This document shows, piece after piece, positions 26,844-33,792 of a DNA stretch of 35,132 bases; the stretch's first letter is position 1, and each line of letters opens with the position of its first letter. The notes beneath the pieces were generated by a model. It saw only the letters and a program-made list of their open reading frames with translations. It did not search any database and had not been told where the DNA came from. The stretch lies in IMG/VR virus record IMGVR_UViG_3300020727_000047, positions 1 through 35,132 of that record. One strand, 5' to 3'. Origin of the DNA: a virus (taxonomy: Duplodnaviria > Caudoviricetes). A program made the translations under genes and the position numbers.

Positions 26844-27175
26844 TTTTCTGCCGCCAAGCTCAAGAGATGCAGGAACGTGTCTTCCTCGAGGTAGAAACGC
26901 CAGTCACCGTGATCGGCCCTGATGGCCAGAATTTCTACACCCGCCAGCCAACCCTCAAGCGTCATGGGCGGCAGCTTCCGGCGTTTCACTTCCACACGGA
27001 AAGTCTGATCCCCAAACACCATGCGAAGGTCGCCTTGGAGGCCGGCGGATCCGATGCGGGTTCCGAATGCCCCGGAGGCCGGCTGTTTACGCACCGTCAC
27101 GCCAGGCACACGCTCAAGGAGCTTGAGCAGCTCTGTTTCACCGCGTGAGCCCTTGGACTTTGCCTTAATGGTCAC
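26840..27175 (-). CDS. Holliday junction resolvase-like PD-(D/E)XK nuclease
   Basis: K.KG.RGE.EL, GDL and VEVKRRK motifs; GGAGA RBS before GTG at 27175. Confidence 0.8.
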   Translation of the reverse strand: MTIKAKSKGSRGETELLKLLERVPGVTVRKQPASGAFGTRIGSAGLQGDLRMVFGDQTFRVEVKRRKLPPMTLEGWLAGVEILAIRADHGDWRFYLEEDTFLHLLSLAAEK

Positions 27176-27335
27176 TGGGTCTCCAATGCTCGAGCGGTAT
27201 TTTGGCTGCGTCAGCGATCTGAAAGGCAAGCTGTAAGCTAGGCGTACGCTTCTTGTTGGCCAACTGGTGGGCGTAGGAATGACCTAAGCCCATTCCGCGC
27301 AACCGATCGTAAATTTGTTTTGGCGTTTCGTTCAT
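27165..27335 (-). CDS. Cro-like XRE HTH regulator, 56 aa
   Basis: GLGHSYAHQLANKKRTPSLQLAFQIADA matches the XRE helix pattern; first gene after the leftward promoter. Confidence 0.72.
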   Translation of the reverse strand: MNETPKQIYDRLRGMGLGHSYAHQLANKKRTPSLQLAFQIADAAKIPLEHWRPSDH

Positions 27336-27340
27336 GCTGC

Positions 27341-27369
27341 TATGTCGCATGATGTGTTGCGAATTGCAA
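27341..27369 (-). promoter_or_regulatory. Leftward sigma70-type promoter candidate
   Basis: TTGCAA-N17-GACATA, 5 nt upstream of the Cro-like ATG, which implies a leaderless mRNA. Confidence 0.55.
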
Positions 27370-27377
27370 CTTTCCTG

Positions 27378-27406
27378 TTGCAACGTGCGTCACGGTGTGC
27401 GACAAC
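27378..27406 (+). promoter_or_regulatory. Rightward sigma70-type promoter candidate
   Basis: TTGCAA-N17-GACAAC, mirroring the leftward promoter; AAGGGAG RBS and ATG at 27431 follow. Confidence 0.55.
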
Positions 27407-27430
27407 ACATCAACAGCAAGGGAGACACAC

Positions 27431-27790
27431 ATGTCCGTTTACGCAACATGCAGCTTTGAAATTGAGATCGGCATCACCGGCACGTACGACGCGCCAGACC
27501 CCAGCGTCGGTTGCCCCGGTGGCTACCTTGACCACGAGGTCGTCGATCTTGGGCAGATCAAAACGGTGTCCAAGGACGGCAAGGTGTCGTGGGTGTCCAC
27601 CACCCTGCTCAAGGGTGTGGATCTTCGCTCCAAGGACATCCAGCAATTGTTCGCCAACATCCTCGAGCACTGCGATCTTGAAGCCTGGGCTGCTGAAGCC
27701 GACGCTAACGCCAGCGACGCCTACGACTACGAGATGGACCGCCGCCGCGAAAGCGCATTGCTGGCCGGTCAAGCTGGGCGGGGGCTGTGA
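27431..27790 (+). CDS. Hypothetical acidic early protein, 119 aa
   Basis: Strong RBS, first gene of the rightward arm. Confidence 0.7.
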   Translation: MSVYATCSFEIEIGITGTYDAPDPSVGCPGGYLDHEVVDLGQIKTVSKDGKVSWVSTTLLKGVDLRSKDIQQLFANILEHCDLEAWAAEADANASDAYDYEMDRRRESALLAGQAGRGL

Positions 27791-27996
27791 TGATCTGGCA
27801 CAGTGGTGGTGACGTAATGTGGAACGGCGCTCGCTTGCAGGCTTGGCAGGCTGAGTTTCTGGATGACTTGTGGGCCGATGAATGCCGCGCTGCGTTCCAG
27901 GCTAACGACAAGCTCAACGCCGCCCGCATTCTTGTCCTTCGCGATGAACTCAACGCAGCGCTGACCGCTGCCATCAATTGGAAAAAGTGCTCATGA
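27787..27996 (+). CDS. Hypothetical protein, 69 aa
   Basis: GTGA and ATGA overlaps with neighbours. Confidence 0.6.
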   Translation: MMIWHSGGDVMWNGARLQAWQAEFLDDLWADECRAAFQANDKLNAARILVLRDELNAALTAAINWKKCS

Positions 27997-28589
27997 CTCC
28001 CGAATTTGCAAAGGCGCTTGTCGCCGCTCAGAAGGCTACCTATCCGGTCTACAAGCAGGCCACTAACCCTGCGTTCCGGTCCAAGTACGCCGATCTGGCG
28101 GCGGTTGTGGAGGCGACCATCCCGGCGCTCAACGATGCGGGGATCTCCGTCCTTCAGATGCCGGACTTTGACGGTGAGCAACTGATCCTTACCACGGTGC
28201 TAATGCACGTGTCTGGCGATAGCCTCACTCACGTCATGCGTATGCCTGTCAGCAAGCGGGATCCTCAAGGGATCGGTTCCGCCACCACCTACGCCAGGCG
28301 CTATAGCCTGCTGGCTATGACCGGCGCCGCACCGGAGGATGATGACGGCAACGCGGCATCTGGCCCAGCTCCTGCTGCCAAGAAGTCCAGCGCACAGGCC
28401 AAGAAGGACGGCGACTGGGATCGCATCATGGCGGCCATCAACGGATGCGACACCGAACAGGAGCTGGACACGTGGTGGGCCAAGATGGAACGGTTCTGGG
28501 GTCAGATGCCCCAGGCGTGGCCCGACGCTGCTGCCAATGAGGTGGAGAAGCGCCGCAACGAGATCTTGGACCGCTTGGCCGAGGCATGA
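27993..28589 (+). CDS. erf: ERF-family single-strand annealing recombinase
   Basis: AL..AQ, NP.F.SKYADL and PQ.IGSA.TYARRYSL.A..G...EDDDGN are ERF signatures. Confidence 0.9.
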   Translation: MTPEFAKALVAAQKATYPVYKQATNPAFRSKYADLAAVVEATIPALNDAGISVLQMPDFDGEQLILTTVLMHVSGDSLTHVMRMPVSKRDPQGIGSATTYARRYSLLAMTGAAPEDDDGNAASGPAPAAKKSSAQAKKDGDWDRIMAAINGCDTEQELDTWWAKMERFWGQMPQAWPDAAANEVEKRRNEILDRLAEA

Positions 28590-28942
28590 ATAGCGGAGGC
28601 AACCAGACTATGGCCGAGTTCAGTGTGGACGATAAAACCGTCAGGCACTGTCTCGCCATCCTCCAGTCCCCTGACGCGGCACGGGCAAGAGCGGCTTACG
28701 AATGGTCTGAAAAGCACCTCAAGGTCGTTCTCGCTCAAGCCGCCGGCCAGTCAAACGCAACCACCGAAGCAGGTAGAGAGCGGGATGCTCTTCGATCTGA
28801 AGCGTATCAGGAAGCGTTGACATTATACCGACTCAACGCCGAGACGTACTTTACCGCCAAGGATCGGAGGGACGCAGCCAGTGCCACCTTCGAAGCCTGG
28901 AGAACCCTGCAATCTAACGAACGAGCTTTTGCGAGGAACTGA
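28586..28942 (+). CDS. Hypothetical helical protein in the recombination cluster
   Basis: Between ERF and the SSB-like gene; C-terminal EAWRT.Q.NER; alternative start at 28610 after GGAGG. Confidence 0.65.
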   Translation: MNSGGNQTMAEFSVDDKTVRHCLAILQSPDAARARAAYEWSEKHLKVVLAQAAGQSNATTEAGRERDALRSEAYQEALTLYRLNAETYFTAKDRRDAASATFEAWRTLQSNERAFARN

Positions 28943-29163
28943 TGGCTTACGAACAACGCCCCGGCGACATCTCCGTGTTCAAGGAGAAGACCAAGACCAA
29001 CCCCAAGGCCCCCGATTGGCGGGGAACTTACACCGACCAAGACGGCATCAAGTGGGAAGTCAGCTTCTGGGAGAAGTCTGGAACCATGCTGGCCGGGTCT
29101 ATCAAGCCCGCTTTCGTCAAGAAAGTTCCGACCAACAAACTGGACGACGAGATTCCGTTTTAG
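28942..29163 (+). CDS. Small ssDNA-binding-like protein
   Basis: K.PDWRG and V.FWEK motifs, plus an SSB-type acidic tail LDDEIPF. Confidence 0.7.
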   Translation: MAYEQRPGDISVFKEKTKTNPKAPDWRGTYTDQDGIKWEVSFWEKSGTMLAGSIKPAFVKKVPTNKLDDEIPF

Positions 29164-29213
29164 GGATCGGTTAACTTTTTCTCGATAATTTAACACAACA
29201 GAGGAGACACGTT

Positions 29214-29348
29214 ATGTGGAATTACACACCACCGCACAAGAACCCGAACATGTTCGACAACATGACAGTCGGCCAGCTGGTCCGCATCGCCATCGAAGGC
29301 GCGGTGCTGGGCTTGGTGATTGTCACTGCACTGGTGCTTTGGCTGTGA
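29214..29348 (+). CDS. Membrane micro-protein, 44 aa (absent from ORF track)
   Basis: GAGGAG RBS; MWNYTPPHKNPNMFDNMTVGQLVRIAIEGAVLGLVIVTALVLWL. Confidence 0.65.
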   Translation: MWNYTPPHKNPNMFDNMTVGQLVRIAIEGAVLGLVIVTALVLWL

Positions 29349-29422
29349 CGTTCCTGATCACCGTGGCGCTCTCCTTTGTTGTGGCCTACCTGGTCATCAG
29401 CCTTGTGAAAGGTGAAAAATGA
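29345..29422 (+). CDS. Membrane micro-peptide, 25 aa
   Basis: MTFLITVALSFVVAYLVISLVKGEK; GTGA and ATGA overlaps on both sides. Confidence 0.5.
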   Translation: MTFLITVALSFVVAYLVISLVKGEK

Positions 29423-29856
29423 ACACCCCAGACGGTGGAGTCACTGATGAACCCATGCCGCCGGAATGGGTGCTGGCCTATGCAGACGCGTATCCCGATC
29501 GCCTGGTGGAATATGTCGAACAGCAACACGCGGTCATCGACGACTTTGATGAGAAGGGCGTCATGACCCTGATCAACAAAATCATCCGTGGCTGCGGAAA
29601 CTTGCCGCACGTAGGTCCCCACCCCGGCACCGAGACATTATTTTTGTTTTGTGCGCTTGGTGGCGTTGGCGGAGCAAAATTTGGGTGGGTCGGTGCCCTG
29701 TTTGGCTTTACCGCAACGCTCGCATGTTTTGGTCCCATCTATCTTTGGGGTGCGTATGACAGAGCGGAGCTATCCGACACTTGCGAAGCAGAAAAACGAG
29801 GAGAGCGTCATGACCCACACATCACAACCAGAAAGGAACATTCCAATGAACTTTGA
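29419..29856 (+). CDS. Hypothetical membrane protein, 145 aa
   Basis: Two Gly-rich hydrophobic segments in the C-terminal half; coupled to neighbours. Confidence 0.55.
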   Translation: MNTPDGGVTDEPMPPEWVLAYADAYPDRLVEYVEQQHAVIDDFDEKGVMTLINKIIRGCGNLPHVGPHPGTETLFLFCALGGVGGAKFGWVGALFGFTATLACFGPIYLWGAYDRAELSDTCEAEKRGERHDPHITTRKEHSNEL

Positions 29857-30223
29857 CAAAATCACTATCGGCCAAGCCAAGCAAATTGCGGCATTAATCA
29901 ACGGCATCAAAAGTGAGCCGACTTGCACCGCAACGGCGCACGACCCCATTCCCGTTATTGTCTGCACGGACAAGCGCGGTGTGGTGTTCGGGTACACGAC
30001 CGACACCAATGCTCGCCCTATCGTCCTGACCTCTGCCCGCATGTGCCTGTACTGGTCGGAAGATGTTGGGGGCGTGTTTGGGCTGGCTGAAGTCGGGCCG
30101 ACGAAGGATTGCAAAATCTCTGCCGTTGTTCCGTCGATCACGCTGGAGGGCGTGACTGCCATCATGTCAGTGGACGACAAAGCCGTGAAGGCTTGGGCCT
30201 CAGCAAAAACGCAGGGGCGCTGA
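29846..30223 (+). CDS. Conserved phage protein (DUF6948-like), 125 aa
   Basis: AAAGGA RBS; VIV.T..RGV.FG, L..AR....W, GLA..GP and I.L..V..I motifs. Confidence 0.65.
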   Translation: MNFDKITIGQAKQIAALINGIKSEPTCTATAHDPIPVIVCTDKRGVVFGYTTDTNARPIVLTSARMCLYWSEDVGGVFGLAEVGPTKDCKISAVVPSITLEGVTAIMSVDDKAVKAWASAKTQGR

Positions 30224-30224
30224 T

Positions 30225-30458
30225 ATGGCTGCGATGCTTTTCGGCGAGCAACCCTCCGGCTACGGCTCCGGCTACGGCGACGGCTTCGGCTACGGCTCCG
30301 GCGACGGCTTCGGCTCCGGCTACGGCGACGGCTTCGGCTACGGCTCCGGCTTCGGCTCCGGCTACGGCTACGGCGACGGCTTCGGCTACGGCTTCGGCTC
30401 CGGCTACGGCGACGGCTTCGGCTCCGGCTACGGCTACGGAGAGGATGTCAGCACATGA
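30225..30458 (+). CDS. Gly-rich G-[YF]-G-[SD] repeat protein, 77 aa
   Basis: About 60 residues with Gly at every second position; coupled to the next gene by ATGA. Confidence 0.7.
   Translation: MAAMLFGEQPSGYGSGYGDGFGYGSGDGFGSGYGDGFGYGSGFGSGYGYGDGFGYGFGSGYGDGFGSGYGYGEDVST
30255..30440 (+). repeat. Tandem 6-bp GGC-NNC coding repeat (GGCTAC/GGCTCC/GGCGAC/GGCTTC)
   Basis: Directly visible low-complexity array. Confidence 0.9.
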
Positions 30459-31102
30459 CCCACACAGACCTGAAGCCGTGCCCGTTTTGCGGCGGCGAGG
30501 CGCTTAAGTGCAACCGCGTTATGCTACCTAAAGCGCATTGGGTTTTGTGCAAAAATTGCGGAGCCTGTCCGGGTGACAGGGACACGGAAGCCGCAGCCAT
30601 CACCGCATGGAACACCCGCACCCCCGACACCGCCCCTAGCCAGAGCGCTGACCTGATAGCTGAGGCTGAGGCGTATTTCACATCGCCCGCCGTTGCGACA
30701 TCAGAAGCGCGGCGACACGTTGCGACTCTCATCACCGCCCTCCGCGCAGCAGAGGCTAGGGAGAAGGCGCTGCGGGAAAACGAAATCCCGTGGAACATAC
30801 CGCCGGAAATTGCGGAGGTCGTTCTTAAGGTCGGGCGCGCCGAGTGGGGCGCAACCGATGCAATGGACGGCGAAGGCCACGCCGAATGCATGGCGAAAAG
30901 CGTCAAGCTGACCGAGCAACACTTCGGCTTAAACGGCCCGCAACCCATGCACGGGCTTTATGTCGAAGGCACGGGGACAGTGGTCTGCCACACCGGCATG
31001 AGCCCCAACAGCGCCAACATCGCGCGAGCACTTACCGGTGCTTGGAACCTTCTTCATGAAGAAATCGCCCGCCGCGCCCTTGGAGGTAGCCCCGATGCAT
31101 GA
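30455..31102 (+). CDS. Lar-like (restriction alleviation) zinc-finger protein fused to additional modules, 215 aa
   Basis: LKPCPFCGG...V.C..CGA.....EA.AITAWNTR N-terminus. Confidence 0.72.
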   Translation: MTHTDLKPCPFCGGEALKCNRVMLPKAHWVLCKNCGACPGDRDTEAAAITAWNTRTPDTAPSQSADLIAEAEAYFTSPAVATSEARRHVATLITALRAAEAREKALRENEIPWNIPPEIAEVVLKVGRAEWGATDAMDGEGHAECMAKSVKLTEQHFGLNGPQPMHGLYVEGTGTVVCHTGMSPNSANIARALTGAWNLLHEEIARRALGGSPDA

Positions 31103-31190
31103 AGAAGTCATCTACGCCGTGTGGGGCGCGCTCGCCATCTTCGGGCTTGGCCTAATCGTCGGATACGCCGTCGGGAAGGATCGGACATGA
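31095..31190 (+). CDS. Membrane micro-protein, 31 aa (absent from ORF track)
   Basis: GGAGG RBS; MHEEVIYAVWGALAIFGLGLIVGYAVGKDRT; ATGA overlap with the next gene. Confidence 0.6.
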   Translation: MHEEVIYAVWGALAIFGLGLIVGYAVGKDRT

Positions 31191-31456
31191 AACTTAATCG
31201 AACGCGACAGGAATGGGCCGAGATCGAAGGCGATTTCAAGCGCGAGACTGGATGCGTGCCGATGTGGACGACTGACCTCGCCACCCTGTTCGCCGAGGTA
31301 GACCGCCTGACTGCCCAGCTTGCTGAACGGGAGGGGATCGCGCGGCAGATGGCCGAGGCATTGGAAGTGGTGAGGGGCGCAAGGCTGGATCAATTCCACG
31401 ACGCCAAGGTCAACAACGCCCTAGCCCGCTTCCACGCTGCGGAGGGTGAGGGATGA
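31187..31456 (+). CDS. Hypothetical protein, MKLNRTR family copy A, 89 aa
   Basis: AAGGA RBS; shares DNA blocks with 32759-33199. Confidence 0.7.
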   Translation: MKLNRTRQEWAEIEGDFKRETGCVPMWTTDLATLFAEVDRLTAQLAEREGIARQMAEALEVVRGARLDQFHDAKVNNALARFHAAEGEG

Positions 31457-31647
31457 GCGAGATCATCTGCGCTTGTTGCGATGCCGACTGCCTCAAGAAC
31501 GGTTGCCGCCGGGCGCGTGAGGCCGGGGCCGCTGAGAAGCCCATGGGCTGCATCTGCCCGCCGACCAGCGAGAAGACCTGTCGGGCGCCCCTGTGCCCCC
31601 GGCGCAACCCATTCGACCGCACGGAAGATAAGAGCCATGACGCTTAG
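31453..31647 (+). CDS. Cys-rich small protein, 64 aa
   Basis: CACC..DC...GC and GCICPP....C..P.CPR clusters; ATGA overlap. Confidence 0.65.
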   Translation: MSEIICACCDADCLKNGCRRAREAGAAEKPMGCICPPTSEKTCRAPLCPRRNPFDRTEDKSHDA

Positions 31648-31900
31648 AGAACGACTGTTGCTAGTTCTGACCGATACCGTTGGAGCGCAATTCCATGACC
31701 GCAATGGCGACCCGTTGCTCTGGAACGTGTCAGAGCCTGCCGACGCCATCCTCGCCGCGATCCGTGAGCACATGACCAGCCCCGAGGCGGTGGAGCGGGC
31801 CGGTCGGACTTACGAAGGCTACTACACCTCTGCACCTGTTTGGGACGGCAGGGCCTGCTTGCAAGCATCCATCCTCGCCGCCCTTGGAGGTGAGCCGTGA
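31637..31900 (+). CDS. Hypothetical protein, MTLRE family copy A, 87 aa
   Basis: Shares DNA blocks with 33189-33422. Confidence 0.7.
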   Translation: MTLRERLLLVLTDTVGAQFHDRNGDPLLWNVSEPADAILAAIREHMTSPEAVERAGRTYEGYYTSAPVWDGRACLQASILAALGGEP

Positions 31901-32178
31901 GCGATGCTGACCTGATATCTGAGGCTGAGGACTGTCGCCAGACGATGGTGGACGGCGATCAATGGCGGTTTGCAAGAGTGACGCGCGACCTCATCACCGC
32001 CCTCCGCGCAGCAGAGGCTGAGAACGCGAGGCTGTCCGAAGAAAACCGCGCACTTCGGACAAATTACCGCTCGGGAACATCTGGGGATTTAAACGCATCT
32101 GACATGCGAAATATTCCCGATCAGGAAGACGATGTTTCAGAGGCCCAAGAATGGGAGGACTTTGATCGTGACTGTTGA
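31897..32178 (+). CDS. Hypothetical protein, 93 aa
   Basis: Shares ADLI.EAE and LITALRAAEA blocks with the middle of 30455-31102; acidic C-terminus. Confidence 0.65.
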   Translation: MSDADLISEAEDCRQTMVDGDQWRFARVTRDLITALRAAEAENARLSEENRALRTNYRSGTSGDLNASDMRNIPDQEDDVSEAQEWEDFDRDC

Positions 32179-32536
32179 TCTCAATGCCTGCAAGCCGTGC
32201 CCATTCTGCGGCAGTCATGACTTATCCACCAACGGACATGGCGCTTACACCATAGTGGTGTGTTGCGATTGTTTGGCTGAAGGCCCGCACGGACATCCCA
32301 GCAAAGCCATTTCGCGCTGGAACACCCGCACCTGTGCCGAAATCGACATGGTGACGTTAAGCCGCTCCGACCTTGAAAATTCTTACAACAAATTACGGGA
32401 GGCGCTGGAACGCGGCGTCGAAATCCTGACATCGCCCGACATGCAGCAGTGGCGCTATGTCGAAGGCGGCGACATGCACTTTGACGTTGGAGTGTGGGTC
32501 AACGCCGCCCGCCGCGCCCTTGGGGGTGAGCCGTGA
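32168..32536 (+). CDS. Second Lar-like zinc-finger protein, ~122 aa
   Basis: GGAGGA RBS then GTG at 32168; KPCPFCGS...V.C.DC.AEGP.....AI..WNTR. Confidence 0.72.
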   Translation: MTVDLNACKPCPFCGSHDLSTNGHGAYTIVVCCDCLAEGPHGHPSKAISRWNTRTCAEIDMVTLSRSDLENSYNKLREALERGVEILTSPDMQQWRYVEGGDMHFDVGVWVNAARRALGGEP

Positions 32537-32769
32537 AGCTGAACCACACCATTGAGCAGCTTGCGGCCATGACGGTCCGCGCTGACAGCCGACCCCTTGC
32601 CGAGGACTGCCTTGCGCTGATCCGTGAGAACGAACGGCTGCGGAAAGCGCTGGACATTGCGGCGGAATGTTTGGAATGGGCCGGAGACGATGGCGGGTAC
32701 GAGAGCGTGACTTGTGCAACCGCTGCGGCAGCCGCCCTCCGCGCCCTTGGAGGTAGCAATGAAACTTAA
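32533..32769 (+). CDS. Hypothetical protein, 78 aa
   Basis: Bounded by junction motifs on both sides; MKLNHTIEQ start resembles MKLNRTREQ. Confidence 0.65.
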   Translation: MKLNHTIEQLAAMTVRADSRPLAEDCLALIRENERLRKALDIAAECLEWAGDDGGYESVTCATAAAAALRALGGSNET

Positions 32770-33199
32770 TCGAACGCGAGAGCAATGGGCTGCATTGCGC
32801 GGGCTGGACTACGACGGACAAGAGGAAGCCTTTGAAGACCTCGCCACCCTATTTGCCGAGGTAGACCGCCTGACTGCCCAGCTTGCGGATGCCGAACGCT
32901 GCCTGAAGTACGAGCAACACCGCGCCGGTCGGATCGGAACCCATGGGCCGGGATGCCACACATGGGGTCCAGCACATTACGAGTGCGCCTTGGCCCAGCT
33001 TGCTGAACGGGAGGGGCGGGAAGCTATGGTTTTGACTCAGCTTGGCTACCACGCGGAATACGTGAAGGGCGAAAAGCTAAACCGTATGCACATCAACCGC
33101 GCCGCCACCGTGCTCAAGCAGCACTGTGAAAATATCTTGAAGCACGGAACCACGTCGCCCCGCTTCCACGCTGCGGAGGATAAGAGCCATGACGCTTAG
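32759..33199 (+). CDS. Hypothetical protein, MKLNRTR family copy B, 146 aa, with a His/Cys insert
   Basis: GGAGG RBS; paralog of 31187-31456 with a 39-codon insertion. Confidence 0.7.
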   Translation: MKLNRTREQWAALRGLDYDGQEEAFEDLATLFAEVDRLTAQLADAERCLKYEQHRAGRIGTHGPGCHTWGPAHYECALAQLAEREGREAMVLTQLGYHAEYVKGEKLNRMHINRAATVLKQHCENILKHGTTSPRFHAAEDKSHDA

Positions 33200-33422
33200 A
33201 GAGAAGATCATCGCGGAAATTGAGGAAATGGGAACGGCCACGACGATCCCACAGACCAAGGCATTAGCCGACGCCATCCTCGCCGCGATCCGTGAGCATG
33301 TGACAACGGAGGAGGCACTGGATAGCGCAGCGGCGGCTTATTGGAGTGACGGCGACCTTGTGGCGGACATTGGGGACGTACTCAAAAAAGCAATCCTCGC
33401 CGCCCTTGGAGGTGAGCCGTGA
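33189..33422 (+). CDS. Hypothetical protein, MTLRE family copy B, 77 aa
   Basis: GGAGGA RBS; paralog of 31637-31900. Confidence 0.7.
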   Translation: MTLREKIIAEIEEMGTATTIPQTKALADAILAAIREHVTTEEALDSAAAAYWSDGDLVADIGDVLKKAILAALGGEP

Positions 33423-33616
33423 GCCGTAAAGTACCCGAAATGGAATTGACGCTTGCCATGGGCCGAGCGGTTACCCAGCTTCAAAATGAAGTGGAAACGC
33501 TCCATGCCACGATAGATCGGCTAACCGCCGAGTTAGCTAAAAGGGATGCGGCAATTGCTAAAATTCGTTCCTATTCGCCTCTGACTGAGCGGCTTGTTTC
33601 TGAAGCCATGCCATGA
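33419..33616 (+). CDS. Hypothetical coiled-coil protein, 65 aa
   Basis: Starts at a junction motif; IDRLTAELAKRD resembles the [12 protein letters not shown] block. Confidence 0.6.
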   Translation: MSRKVPEMELTLAMGRAVTQLQNEVETLHATIDRLTAELAKRDAAIAKIRSYSPLTERLVSEAMP

Positions 33617-33792
33617 TCCAGCCAAACCTGTTCCCCGAACAAAGTTCGCTTTCTAAAAGCGCATGCTCGCGAGATCCGAACGCAGGACCCGGCACATGCT
33701 GGTACTGGTGGGAAGGATGCCCAAAGGCATCTAAGCGCGGCTGCTATTTTCTGTCTCAAGCCGCAGCATCGAAACAAACGCAACGTCGGTGA
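33613..33792 (+). CDS. Possible 59-aa Cys-containing protein (absent from ORF track)
   Basis: ATGA overlap; MIQPNLFPEQ...C..........CWYWWEGC.......GCY; its 3' end overlaps the convergent phosphoesterase gene. Confidence 0.4.
   Translation: MIQPNLFPEQSSLSKSACSRDPNAGPGTCWYWWEGCPKASKRGCYFLSQAAASKQTQRR

Larger units (their letters stand above)
31076..33424 (+). repeat. Dispersed gene-junction motif GCCCTTGG(A/G)GGT(G)AGC, five copies
   Basis: Copies start at 31076, 31880, 32516, 32743 and 33402; each encodes the upstream gene's C-terminal ALGG and supplies the next gene's RBS. Confidence 0.9.

Noticed and set aside
30255-30440. GYGD as a potassium-channel selectivity filter
   Set aside because: There are no transmembrane helices; the motif is a by-product of the Gly-X repeat.
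30109-30507. Alternative-frame ORF with ATAPAT repeats
   Set aside because: A frame-shifted reading of the GGC-NNC array. The Gly-repeat frame has proper start/stop coupling with its neighbours.
32222-32230. TTATCCACC as a DnaA box
   Set aside because: A single imperfect copy inside a coding region, expected by chance.
30600-33424. Repeats as a CRISPR array or a DGR template/variable pair
   Set aside because: Spacing is irregular, repeats are of several different types and lie in coding frames, there is no cas or reverse transcriptase gene, and mismatches are not adenine-specific.
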